DNA of 63,637 nucleotides, the filler included, from Octopus bimaculoides (Eukaryota), in the NCBI RefSeq assembly GCF_001194135.2. It is 6 parts of 5 records of this genome, joined end to end, with 100 filler letters (N's around TTAATTAATTAA, not from the genome) between each part and the next. Parts side by side here need not be neighbours in the genome. Positions count along the whole stretch, not along the records: positions 1 to 17,269 come from NC_069004.1; positions 17,370 to 26,097 come from NC_068994.1; positions 26,198 to 42,785 come from NC_068987.1; 3 more parts are not named here. One strand, given 5' to 3'. The position numbers were made by a program, and so were the translations under genes. Positions 14,504 to 27,411 of this stretch are shown one piece after another (position 1 is the stretch's first letter; every line of letters begins with the position of its first letter). Under the pieces are notes generated by a model. That model ran no database searches. It was not told the DNA's origin and worked only from the letters and a program-made list of their open reading frames with translations.

Positions 14504-14565
<62 letters not shown>

Positions 14566-15462
14566 GTACACAATATATATGTGTTTATGTATATATGTAT
14601 ACACACAATATATAAATACGCATGTATGTCTGTATGTGTATAGATGTTGGTAGGTATTTGTGTATGTGTGTAGGAATGCGTCCGTATGGATGGATGAATG
14701 GATGGATGGATGGATTAGTGGATGGATGGATGGATGGATTGATATATAACGAAGAAAACGTATCCATTAATTTCCAATGGTGAGCGCCATTATGTCAACC
14801 ACCTTAAACATATAATGTTTGTTGTGACTGTGGTAGTGGTGGTGGTGGTGGTTGTGGTGGTGGTGGTGGTGGTGGTGGTTGTGGCGATGTCGGTAGAAGT
14901 TTTGACGTAATTGTAATGGTGTTTCTACTTTTACTCGTTAGTGACTTACAAATATGGATCGTATATATTTAAGACAATCTCTCTTTCTCTCTCTCTCTCC
15001 TCTATCTCTCCCTTTCTCTCTCTCTCTCTATGTATATGTACATATGTGTGTGTGGGGGGGGTATGTATGTATGTTTGTATGTATGTATATGTCTGCGTGT
15101 CTATTTGTGTACGTGCACACAAAGAGAGTACGTGCACACAAAGAGAAGTAAATATACACGTAGATGTTATATATATTTATCCATGTACAAAAGTCACTAA
15201 CGAGGAAGCCTAACAACGCCATTATTATTACACAAACACCACCAACACCACCTACACTACCAATAGGAACCATCACCATCACCGCCAATGAAGGAATACA
15301 CCATTATTTGTACGTAGAAGTAGTATTTAAGAACGAGTTATAAAGACAACATATATTTAAATAGACAAACTGACAAGTAGTAAAGTTGACGCGTGGACAA
15401 GGAGGCAAGCGAACAAATTGATGAGTTTCAGACGCAGACGACATGCTTGCTTAATAACGAAC

Positions 15463-15510
<48 letters not shown>

Positions 15511-15571
15511 GCAGGCAGGCAGGCAGGCAGGCAGGCTGGCAGGCTGGCTGGCAGGCAGGCAGGTAGGTAGG

Positions 15572-15611
<40 letters not shown>

Positions 15612-15632
15612 CAGATTGACAGACAGACAGGA

Positions 15633-15683
<51 letters not shown>

Positions 15684-15807
15684 TACATACATACATACAT
15701 ACATACATACATACATTTTGTCTACGTTTTTTTTTATTTCCTGTACCCATATATGCATGTATATATACATATATATGTAGGTATGTACATATATGTGTTA
15801 TATACTC

Positions 15808-16029
15808 TTTTACTCTTTTACTTGTTTCAGTTTTTTGACTGCGGCCATGCTGGAGCACCGCCTTTAGTCGAGCAAATCGACCCCAGGGCTTATTCTTTGG
15901 AAGCCTAGTACTTATTCTATCGGTCTCTTTTGCCGAACCGCTAAGTTACGGGGACGTTAACACACCAGCATCGGTTGTCAAGCGATATTGGGAGGACAAA
16001 CACAGACACACAAACACACACACACATAC

Positions 16030-16074
<45 letters not shown>

Positions 16075-16250
16075 TATGCATATATACGACAGGCTTCTTT
16101 CAGTTTCCGTCTACCAAATCCACTCACAAGGCTTTGGTCGGCCCGAGGCTATAGTAGAAGACACTTGCCCAAGGTGCCACGCAGTGGGACTGAACCCGGA
16201 ACCATGTGGTTGGTAAGCAGGCTACTTAACCACACAGCCACTCCTGCGTC
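15808..16250 (-). mobile_element. tRNA-derived SINE (family C, with internal CA/TA microsatellite), representative copy
   Basis: The reverse strand begins gcaggagtggctgtgtggttaagtagcctgc...gggttcagtccc (tRNA-like head). Partial copies at ~680, 18640, 21672, 37330, 44815, 45223, 45615, 50500, 54770 and 56700. Confidence 0.85.
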
Positions 16251-16402
16251 TATATATATATTCATATATTTATATATTATATATTATATATGTATATACA
16301 TACAAGGTACTGGAACAGGCAATAACGATAACCATTGTCGCAGTAGTAATGATATTGGCCTTGGCATCAACGAGTTTTGACGTCGGCGAGCAACTTATAA
16401 AA

Positions 16403-16634
16403 GCCACCTACCCAACACTGATCAACTGTTGATCTTCGGGTTAAGTCACTGAATTAACAAGGATTCCTTAATCCAGAGATTTCCAACATTTCTCTCTGTG
16501 GCCACTATTTCGCTAGTGCCACCTACCCAACTCTGATCAACTGTTGATCTTCGGGTTAAGTCACTGAATTAACAAGGATTCCTTAATCCAGAGACTTCCA
16601 ACATTTCTCTCTGTGGCCACTATTTCGCTAGTGC
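16403..16634 (-). mobile_element. Tandem 2 x 115-bp duplication of a Penelope-like GIY-YIG C-terminal fragment
   Basis: Near-identical units start at 16403 and 16518. The minus strand reads IVATERNVGNLWIKESLLIQ*LNPKINS, resembling the KESLLI...P.LN end of PLE GIY-YIG domains. Confidence 0.5.
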
Positions 16635-17152
16635 TGCTACCGGTTTAGCTGGTATTTTATTTTATTTTATAGACCCCGAAAGGATGAAAGGAAAAGTTGA
16701 CCCCAGTGAGCGACAAAATAAAATACTAGAGCATAAAGAGCCGGAGGAAATGCTGCTAAGCATTTTGTTCGAGCTGCTTGCTATTCAATTAACTCGCTGC
16801 CTTCTATACAAATAGCAGAAATTATGTTTTTAATTCTCTGGGAACTTTGCGATGCGACCAGATATAATGCAACTCTCCCAGAAACAGAATGCCCTCGTGA
16901 ATTAGGAAGTTGAATATGTTCACACACGTTTGATATGCGAGGGGAAATGATATTTCTAAAATTTAATTGATATAAGAATGTAGCTTATTAATATTTATAT
17001 TTTCTGAGATTTAATTTCTTTTGAGATCTTTTCCAACTCAGTTGCTCTGTAGAATATATTTTCTCTTTTCACATTATATTCTTATGCATTAACATATACA
17101 CAAACACACACTAACACACACACACACACACGCACATATACGTGTATATATA

Positions 17153-17194
<42 letters not shown>

Positions 17195-17235
17195 GTGTGT
17201 GTGAGTTTGTGTGTATACACACACACATACACACA

Positions 17236-17269
<34 letters not shown>

Positions 17270-17550
17270 NNNNNNNNNNNNNNNNNNNNNNNNNNNNNNN
17301 NNNNNNNNNNNNNTTAATTAATTAANNNNNNNNNNNNNNNNNNNNNNNNNNNNNNNNNNNNNNNNNNNNGTGTTCGACTAAAACCTACAAGGCGGTGCCC
17401 CAGCATGACCAAAGTCAAAATAAATGATAAACAACAAAAGCCTTTCCCTCGAATTAATTTCTCTTCCGCTTTTATTTATTTATTTATTTATTTACTCTAT
17501 TATTTATTTATCTTTTTTATTTATTTATTTATTTATTTATTTATTTTCAG

Positions 17551-17763
17551 GCAGATCCTTACATCATGAAAAAACCGCAGCCAGTCAACGGGCATCCTCT
17601 TATTGGCAACGATAAATATGAAGGTTACTGCGTAGATTTGGCGCGAAAGGTCGCGCACGAAGTAGGTTTTGATTACGTCTTCCAAATGGTTAAAGATGGC
17701 TCCTATGGTTCGAAACTACCAAATGACTCATGGAACGGAATGGTCGGAGAATTAATTAGATTA
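17551..17763 (+). CDS. GluA (GRIA-like): AMPA-type ionotropic glutamate receptor, S1 ligand-binding exon (equivalent to vertebrate GRIA exon 10)
   Basis: Acceptor ttttcag|GCA at 17551 and donor TTA|gtgagt at 17764; 213 nt, phase 0 to 0. Translates ADPYIMKKPQ...NDKYEGYCVDLARKVAHEVGFDY...DGSYG...WNGMVGELIRL, matching GluA2 ESPYVM...RYEGYCVDL...DGKYG...WNGMVGELVYG. Confidence 0.95.
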
Positions 17764-17812
17764 GTGAGTTTTTATTCATACCCCTTTAAAAATCCTTCAG
17801 TCTCTGCTTTGA

Positions 17813-18265
<453 letters not shown>

Positions 18266-18304
18266 TAAACGATCTTTCGATTAAATAACCACTCCACAAC
18301 CACC

Positions 18305-18623
18305 AACTACTACTACTACTACTACTACTGCTGCTACTACTACTACTACTACTACTGCTACTACTACTACTACTGCTGCTACTACTACTACTGCTACTAC
18401 TGTTACTGCTGCTACTACTACTACTACTACTACTGTTACTGCTACTGCTACTACTACTACTACTACTACTGCTGCTACTACTACTGCTGCTACTACTACT
18501 ACTACTACTACTACTACTGCTACTACTACTTCTACTACTACTACTGCTACTACTACTTCTACTACTACTACTGCTACTACTACTTCTACTACTACTACTG
18601 CTGCTACTACTGCTACTACTACT
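18305..18623. repeat. (CTA)n/(CTG)n microsatellite just 3' of the Q/R exon
   Basis: Direct reading. Confidence 0.95.
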
Positions 18624-20146
18624 AAAAAAATATATATATACGACGGGTGCCTTTCAGTTTCCGTCTACCAAATCCACTCACAAGGCTATAGTAGAAGACA
18701 CTTGCCCAAGGCTCCACGCAATGGGACTGAACCCGGAACCATGTGGTTTGGAAGCAAGCTTCTTACCACCCAGCCACACCTGCGCCTATGTCTCATATTT
18801 CTATTTATTTATTTATCTTTTACTTGTTTACGGTTGGCTCGGCTTAAAAAAAATCTGCCTTGCGGTTCTTTCCAGCCATATTCGAATCACATGTCCGTTG
18901 TACCGGAGTTGTGGCTTCTCGATGCGGAAATAAAATATCTTTATTCGTTGCCTGAAATTTTTAACCAAATAAAAAAGGAAAAACAAGACGACAACAAAAA
19001 ATAAAACTGCCANNNNNNNNNNNNNNNNNNNNNNNNNNNNNNNNNNNNNNNNNNNNNNNNNNNNNNNNNNNNNNNNNNNNNNNNNNNNNNNNNNNNNNNN
19101 NNNNNNNNNNNNNNNNNNNNNNNNNNNNNNNNNNNNNNNNNNNNNNNNNNNNNNNNNNNNNNNNNNNNNNNNNNNNNNNNNNNNNNNNNNNNNNNNNNNN
19201 NNNNNNNNNNNNNNNNNNNNNNNNNNNNNNNNNNNNNNNNNNNNNNNNNNNNNNNNNNNNNNNNNNNNNNNNNNNNNNNNNNNNNNNNNNNNNNNNNNNN
19301 NNNNNNNNNNNNNNNNNNNNNNNNNNNNNNNNNNNNNNNNNNNNNNNNNNNNNNNNNNNNNNNNNNNNNNNNNNNNNNNNNNNNNNNNNNNNNNNNNNNN
19401 NNNNNNNNNNNNNNNNNNNNNNNNNNNNNNNNNNNNNNNNNNNNNNNNNNNNNNNNNNNNNNNNNNNNNNNNNNNNNNNNNNNNNNNNNNNNNNNNNNNN
19501 NNNNNNNNNNNNNNNNNNNNNNNNNNNNNNNNNNNNNNNNNNNNNNNNNNNNNNNNNNNNNNNNNNNNNNNNNNNNNNNNNNNNNNNNNNNNNNNNNNNN
19601 NNNNNNNNNNNNNNNNNNNNNNNNNNNNNNNNNNNNNNNNNNNNNNNNNNNNNNNNNNNNNNNNNNNNNNNNNNNNNNNNNNNNNNNNNNNNNNNNNNNN
19701 NNNNNNNNNNNNNNNNNNNNNNNNNNNNNNNNNNNNNNNNNNNNNNNNNNNNNNNNNNNNNNNNNNNNNNNNNNNNNNNNNNNNNNNNNNNNNNNNNNNN
19801 NNNNNNNNNNNNNNNNNNNNNNNNNNNNNNNNNNNNNNNNNNNNNNNNNNNNNNNNNNNNNNNNNNNNNNNNNNNNNNNNNNNNNNNNNNNNNNNNNNNN
19901 NNNNNNNNNNNNNNNNNNNNNNNNNNNNNNNNNNNNNNNNNNNNNNNNNNNTGCCAAGTTTGAAACTGTTATTTCTTTAAAACATTTTTATATATTCTTT
20001 ATGTGGAGGTGGAAGTTGTCTTTACCTTTTGTTTGTTTTTTTAAATTTTTTTTTCTTTTTTTTTTGTGCTTTGTGGAGGTGAACAACCTATAAAAATATT
20101 GATTGAATTTCCTCCTTTTTTTTTTTTCATTTGTCTTCTTTTTCAG

Positions 20147-20345
20147 ATCGATTTCGGGTCGGATTGTGGGAAGCGTGTGGTGGTTTTTCACCTTGATTAT
20201 TATTTCGTCCTATACAGCCAACCTGGCTGCTTTCTTAACAGTAGAGAGAATGTCGACACCAATTGAATCCGCAGAGGATTTAGCTAAACAAACAGAAATT
20301 GAATATGGCACATTGAGATCAGGAACAACGGAGGCATTTTTCAAG
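20147..20345 (+). CDS. GluA (GRIA-like): AMPA-type iGluR exon: M3 gate helix and start of S2 (equivalent to GRIA exon 12)
   Basis: Acceptor ttttcag|A in phase 2 completes the Arg codon. Translates [66 protein letters not shown] with the SYTANLAAF motif intact. Ends AAG|gcaagt (GC donor). Confidence 0.96.
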
Positions 20346-20454
20346 GCAAGTGAAATCTCCTTTCTCTGTTACAGGCATACCTCAACTTACGTCTTTTATG
20401 TCTTGCGTCATTCGGGATGGGAGGTGGGGGTTTTCAAGAAATGAGCCACAATAA

Positions 20455-20496
20455 TAAACTCGGATAAATTGACTTAAGTCAATTTATCCGAGTTTA
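20455..20496. repeat. Perfect 42-bp palindrome
   Basis: taaactcggataaattgactt|aagtcaatttatccgagttta is its own reverse complement. Confidence 0.95.
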
Positions 20497-20522
20497 CGTC
20501 GGTCTCAGCTAACATATTTAAA

Positions 20523-20810
20523 TCGTCGTTTAACGTCCGCTTTCCATGCTAGCATGGGTTGGACGATTTGACTGAGGACTGGTGAAACCGGATGGCTACA
20601 CCAGGCTCCAATCTGATTTGGCAGAGTTTCTACAGCTGGATGCCCTTCCTAACGCCAACCACTCAGAGAGTGTAGTGGGTGCTTTTACGTGCCACCTGCA
20701 CGAAGGCCAGTCAGGCGGTACTGGCAACGGCCACGCTCAAATGGTGTATTTTATGTGCCACCCGCACAAGAGCCAGTCCAGGGGCACTGGCGACGATCTT
20801 GCTCAGCATA
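20523..20810. mobile_element. Interspersed repeat (family D; LINE-tail-like)
   Basis: gtcgtttaacgtccgctttccatgctagcatgggttggacg...ggatgcccttcctaa is shared with 45073-45197 and, reversed, with ~50730-50975. Confidence 0.7.
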
Positions 20811-22723
20811 GAAAATATATATGTATGTAGGTATGTTTGTCTGTGTGTCTTTGTATCAGTGTTTGTCCCCAATCACTGCTTGACAACCGGTGTTGTTATG
20901 TTTCCGTCCCCGTAACTTAGCGGTTCAGTAAAAAAAAAAAAAAAAAATCTACGGTAAAATAAGTACCAGGCTTAGCAAAAAAATTAGGCACTGGGGTCAA
21001 TTCATCCGACTAGAGCAAATTGTTCAAGGCAGTGCCTAAGCATGGCTGCAGTCTAATGACTGAAACAAGTAAAAGATGAAAAAGAAAGACCTAAAATGTA
21101 ATCTTGAAGTGGAAAATCGAATAAAATGCATGGGAAAATACTAATTACACTGAGTAACTTTTTTTTTTGGGGGGGGGTCTTTGGTGAATAAGTGTTATTT
21201 CCTATTTGCCTCTATCTAGAAATCGAAGGAAATGACTTCTATATATATATGTCTTTGTATNNNNNNNNNNNNNNNNNNNNNNNNNNNNNNNNNNNNNNNN
21301 NNNNNNNNNNNNNNNNNNNNNNNNNNNNNNNNNNNNNNNNNNNNNNNNNNNNNNNNNNNNNNNNNNNNNNNNNNNNNNNNNNNNNNNNNNNNNNNNNNNN
21401 NNNNNNNNNNNNNNNNNNNNNNNNNNNNNNNNNNNNNNNNNNNNNNNNNNATCACCGCTTTACAATCGGTATTGGTGTGTTTACGTCCCCATAATTTAGT
21501 GGTCCGACAAAAGAACCGATAGAATAAGTACTAAGCATAAAAATAATAAATCCTGGGGTCGATTTGTCCGACTAAAACCTTTGATGGTTGTGTTCCAGCA
21601 TAGCCGCAGTCAAATTACTGAAACAAGCAAAAAATATATATATGTATGTATATATATATATATATATATACAACGGGCTCCTTTCAGTTTCCGTCTACCA
21701 AATCCACGCACAACGCTTTGGTCGTCCCGGAGTTGTAGTAGAAAACACTTGCTTATGATGCCATGCGGTGGTACTGAACCTAGAGCCGTGTGGTTGGGAA
21801 GCAAACGTCTTACTACACAGCCACGCTTGCGCCTACGCCAATAGCTATTTCGAAAAAAAAGAGAATTCATAGTTATTTGTCGCCATATGAAAGCAGCAGA
21901 AATAATTCCAGACACTATATGTGCAAAATTTAATTCTTATAACCAAGTAATTTAAGGATGAGGTGGGTGGGGGGAATACCTCGAAACCTTTAAATGTTTA
22001 TTCCAAAAGCATCAGTTCAAATTTATTCCATTATAAAACATATTCTAGTTTAATCCATTTTCTATCGTAAATTCCAATTTAACGAAATGCAATTTTTGCC
22101 TTTCAAAGTGAGTTTTCTTTTAAATCTAATTTAAAATTCTTGTATTGAATCGCAATGGTACTTACTCCATCACGTGGAACACATCTTTGCAACAGTATAT
22201 CTCATTCCAAACAATTCTTTTTTTCCGTTGCCATTCTCCTTCCATCTTCAAAACCTCCTGCATAAAAACATGGCTCAACGCACAAATTGCTGCATCGTTG
22301 CTTTCATTGTGTCACTAGGTTCTACTAATTATCTAACTCTTCCATAAACCATTCTTTTCTTGTAAAAAGGTTCCTCCACATACAACCACCACCACCACCA
22401 CCACCACCATTCTTGTGATGGAGAAATTGAACACGTCGCTAAATAGCTAATGCAGAATACTCGCCATTTTTACACTATTCCTGTTGTTTGCAAATTGCAA
22501 CTTACATAATTTACTTTTTAAAGAAATTTCTATAAAAAAACAAAATCTGTAGAGATTCAGACTTGGCTCTCATATCTATTGAAAATCTGTAGAGATAACC
22601 TTTTTAAAAATTGATTTAATAGCACTGCTAACACAGTTGGGACAGAGTATTGACTTATAAAGTCTATAATATATAATACTTATGGTTGCATAACGAAATA
22701 CAGTGTTCCTACCAGCAATTAAT

Positions 22724-23591
22724 ATTACTTGGAAAAATACGAGCAAGAGAAATAATATTCTTAAGATTATAAACCTGGAAAATTACAGTAAAAGTTATTA
22801 CACTTGGAAAAGTTCAGGACAGAACAAGAGAATTTTTGCATAAAATATTGCAGCTAAGGATATAATTTCAAATAAAATATTTAGATTTAGAAAATATTTG
22901 CTTTTATTAGAACTAAAGATTTTATTACAAGTTATTACTTTTATTCGTTATTACGTGTTACTTGTATCAAAAATAAAAAATAAGTCAAAATACTTTTGCC
23001 CTTTAAATAAATTCCTTTTTAAAATCTTTAATTAATAATTATAAATTTTAAAATAAGTATTTAAAAAATAGTAGTATTACATAATTAGTTAGTACAATAA
23101 ATAAAATAATACAAAAATTAGTTCTATATTACAGTAAAATCTACCTATAACAACAAATTCACAGTAAAATTTGCTTGAGTTATTGCCTAAGTTATTGCCA
23201 AGTCTTCACATTTTTAATCTTGACTCAATGCCTATTTTTTACATGATGAATTTGCCTACCATATATACTATTCTACTTTTCATAAAACTTTAGCTATATT
23301 GTTACTTCTGACTCGTTTTTTAAGCATTCTAGCGTGTCGATATTTTAACAAATAATGGTACCTTTTTTTTTTTTAATTATAATGTTACTTTGTGAATTAC
23401 AATAAAATAATTTTTAATATTCAAATTTTATCCTTTGCTGCAATATCTTAAGTAAAAAATTTCTTCTTCTGTACTTTACCATATGTAATAAGTTGTCCTG
23501 AACTTTCCCAAGTGTAATAACTTGCCCTGTAATTTTCCAGGTTTATAATTTTAAGAATATTATTTCTCTTGCTCGCATTTTCCCATGTAAT
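22724..23591. mobile_element. Foldback/MITE-like element with ~150-bp diverged inverted arms
   Basis: gagcaagagaaataatattcttaagattataaacctggaaaattacag...ttattacacttggaaaagttcaggaca (from ~22740) is reverse-complementary to ~23415-23591; AT-rich spacer between. Confidence 0.75.
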
Positions 23592-24735
23592 CCACGTGTT
23601 TTCCAGGCTATGTTATTATGCTAATTAATAACGTGTCAAATAGCGGTGTCATTGATAATTTTTTCCTTACCTCATTTGCACCGGTGACATATATTAAAAG
23701 TCCCCTTATAGAACTATATTCATAAAAAAATTTGAGAAACAAACACTTTTAAAACTTCATTGCACGAGATTGATACCATAAAATTCCTCGAATTGAACTC
23801 TATCATTTAATTTTAATTAAAATATAGTTTGTTTTTAAAATAAAAAGTTAATTATACTTTAATTCAATTTTTTGCCTTATATTTTTTCATGATATTTTAC
23901 CTCACAACTTTTTTGATACAAATTTTTGTTGCATGGGAACAAAACTATGAAATTTTTCATGTTTTCTTCTATCATTGAAGCTCAGATAAATATATTTTGC
24001 TTTTAAAATAAAAAAATGTTATTTAGATCTAAACTTGATTGGTGGCGTTACTTACTCTCCTATAACGTTGCTGTAAAAATTTTGACGTAAACTTCTCTTT
24101 CTATTGGATCAAATCTCAATTTTTTATGCCAAAATGTAGCTAGTGACCAGTCCTCTTCAAAATTGTTAACAGTTTTCAATTTGGTTAAGAACTGAATTAG
24201 TGACAAGTTCTGAAAGATGCTGCTTGTGAGTAAATTGAGGCTTTAATATTATTCAACTATTACCGTAGTTGGATGATTTACACAGCTTAAGGCGGCGAGC
24301 AGTCAGAATCGCCAGCGCGCCAAGTAAAATGCTTAGCAGCATTTCGTCCGTCTTTACATTCTGAGTTCAAATTCCGCCGAGGTCGACTTTCCCTTTTAAT
24401 TCTTTCGGCGTCGATAAAATAAGAACCACTTGATCACTGGGGTCGATATAATCGACTTATCCCTTTCCCCCGAAATTACTGGCCTTGTACCAAAACATGA
24501 AACCAATATTTACATAGCTTTGTTCTTACCGAGAAAGATTCAATTTTCAATGGAAGCGTCTTGGCATTGATAAGAAGTAATCAGTGCCAATGGCAAGACC
24601 CAAATGACCAGCCTTCCGACTGGCTGACCCATTCTGTATCAGCATAACTGTACACGCTCCCTTGGGCAAATTGTTGTAGAACTGCTTTTATTTAAATACT
24701 TCCGTTGCCATTATATGGTTGTTTATTAAGGTGGG

Positions 24736-24965
24736 GACGGCGAGCTGGCAGAAACGTTAGCACGCCGGGCGAAATGCTTAGCGGTATTTCGTCTGTCTTT
24801 ACGTTCTGAGTTCAAATTCCGCCGAGGTCGTCTTTGCCTTTCATCCTTTCGGGGTCGATAAATTAAATACCAGTTACGCACTGGGGTCGATGTAATCGAC
24901 GTAATCCCTTTGTCTGTCCTTCTTTGTCACCTCTATGTTTAGCCCCTTGTGGGCAGTAAAGAAAT
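24736..24965 (+). mobile_element. tRNA-derived SINE (family B), representative copy
   Basis: ggcgagctggcagaaacgttagc...gagttcaaattcc head and cctttcatcctttcggggtcgataaatt core. Related copies at ~6931, 12120, 24291, 29223, 31090(-), 42263, 55735(-) and 58410. Confidence 0.9.
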
Positions 24966-25747
24966 ACGAATCGTTAGAGCGTCGGATGAAATGCTTATTG
25001 GAATTTCTTCCGGTTCTTACATTCTGAGCTCAAATCCCGCCGTCTGTATGACATAAAGATCTTCACTTGATGCAAAAACTGTTCATCAAGACTNNNNNNN
25101 NNNNNNNNNNNNNNNNNNNNNNNNNNNNNNNNNNNNNNNNNNNNNNNNNNNNNNNNNNNNNNNNNNNNNNNNNNNNNNNNNNNNNNNNNNNNNNNNNNNN
25201 NNNNNNNNNNNNNNNNNNNNNNNNNNNNNNNNNNNNNNNNNNNNNNNNNNNNNNNNNNNNNNNNNNNNNNNNNNNNNNNNNNNNNNNNNNNNNNNNNTAT
25301 ATATATGCATATATGTATGCATGCATGCATGTATGTATGTATGTATGTATATAAGTATGCATGCATGTGCGTATGCATGCATGTACATATGTAAGTAAGC
25401 CTGCATACATGCATGTATGCACGGATGTGTTTATGTACGTGTATGCATGCTTGTATGTACATATGTATGTATATATGCATGTATGTACATATGTATGTAT
25501 ATATGTACATATATACATGTATGTACATAAGCATGTATGTATATATGTACAAGTATGCATATATGTACATATGCATGTACATATGTATGCACATATGTAT
25601 GCATATATGTGTGCATGCGTATATATGTATGCATGTATGTATGTGTGTGTGTATATATGTCTGGATGCTTTTATTACTCTTTCTTATTTTCCTTTTCTTT
25701 CATTTCATTTCTGCTTTTTGTCCTTACGCTCTCTTATTTCTTTGTAG

Positions 25748-26038
<291 letters not shown>

Positions 26039-26197
26039 TGACTTACTGGATTGTCATCCTTCAGTCAGTGTGTATATATATATATATATATATATACNNN
26101 NNNNNNNNNNNNNNNNNNNNNNNNNNNNNNNNNNNNNNNNNTTAATTAATTAANNNNNNNNNNNNNNNNNNNNNNNNNNNNNNNNNNNNNNNNNNNN

Positions 26198-26231
<34 letters not shown>

Positions 26232-26659
26232 GCACACACACAAATGTACATACAAATGTAAATGTATATAGCTGCAAATAAATGTATGTGTAGATACATG
26301 AGTGTGTGGGTAGATTGACAGATAGATATATAGACATACATGTATACACGTTATAAATGTACATCCATGTCAATAGATTCATACGTATACAAAGTTTCGT
26401 GTATGTAATCATCTGACACATCTCGTAAGAGCAGTAGAAAGAAAGCAGGAAGGAAGAGAGGAAAGAAAGAAACAAAGAAAGAATGAATTTATGAAAGGAA
26501 GGAAATAAGTAAGGAAGGAAGGAAGGAAGGAAGGAAGGAAGGAAGGAAGGAAATAAGTAAGGAAGGAAGGAAGGAAAGGCTAGGAGACAGGGAGAGTAGC
26601 GGCGCGAATAGTGAAAAGATAAACAGACGAAGCTAAAGGCAGACAGATACACACACACG

Positions 26660-26698
<39 letters not shown>

Positions 26699-27367
26699 TA
26701 GACATACAGTGAGATATTTAGCAAAATGGCCGCTGGCCATACAGCTCAACTGAATTTTGCGCGGTCACATTTCTTCAGAGCAATTGAAGATTTAATTAAT
26801 ATCCAAAAATGTTGATGCTATCACAATTGCTTGGAATCGATCTACTCATCCAATTAAACCATTTTTCCATAGAATATTCTAGAAACAGATGAAATTATAA
26901 GTGAAAATCAGATTCTTTTTACTTGCAATCTGCAATCCGGTTAAAGCGTTTATTTATTTCTTCTTACGGTTTATGTCTTATTTTATATATTTATATATAT
27001 ATTTTTTCCTTGTTTTGTTTTGTTGTAAAATTCAACTTCAAGTGATGGAGGAGAATTATCATCACTGCAGGAAACTTCTGGACCAGAACAACACATTACT
27101 TACGTGACGGCGATGATGTCATATCTATACATTATCTTCTTCTTCTAATTATTGTTATTATTATTATTATCGTTATCATCATTCCTTCTCTTCGTCTTCT
27201 TTTATTTCTTCAGCTTCTTTCACATCTTCTTTTTCGTCTTCTTTCTTTCCATCTTTTTGTCTTTATTTCTGTCTGTCTGTCTCTGAACATATTTGTATGC
27301 ATACAGTTACAAATACATACATATATATATATATATTTATACGCACACACACATACACACATACCCA

Positions 27368-27411
<44 letters not shown>

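Larger units (their letters stand above)
20346..25747 (+). other. GC-AG intron of the glutamate receptor gene
   Basis: Donor AAG|GCAAGT. Only this position joins FFK to TSKVAVY in frame; the nearest GT (20350) would shift the frame by 4 nt. Confidence 0.85.

Noticed and set aside
16403-16634. 115-bp tandem units equal in length to vertebrate flip/flop exons
   Set aside because: They lie upstream of S1, contain stops in the + frames, lack splice signals and resemble a Penelope-like fragment; the length match is coincidental.
17314-17325. TTAATTAATTAA islands inside N runs (also 26142, 42830, 55433 and 58879)
   Set aside because: Identical 12-mer with stops in all six frames, always flanked by Ns: a scaffolding spacer, not biology.
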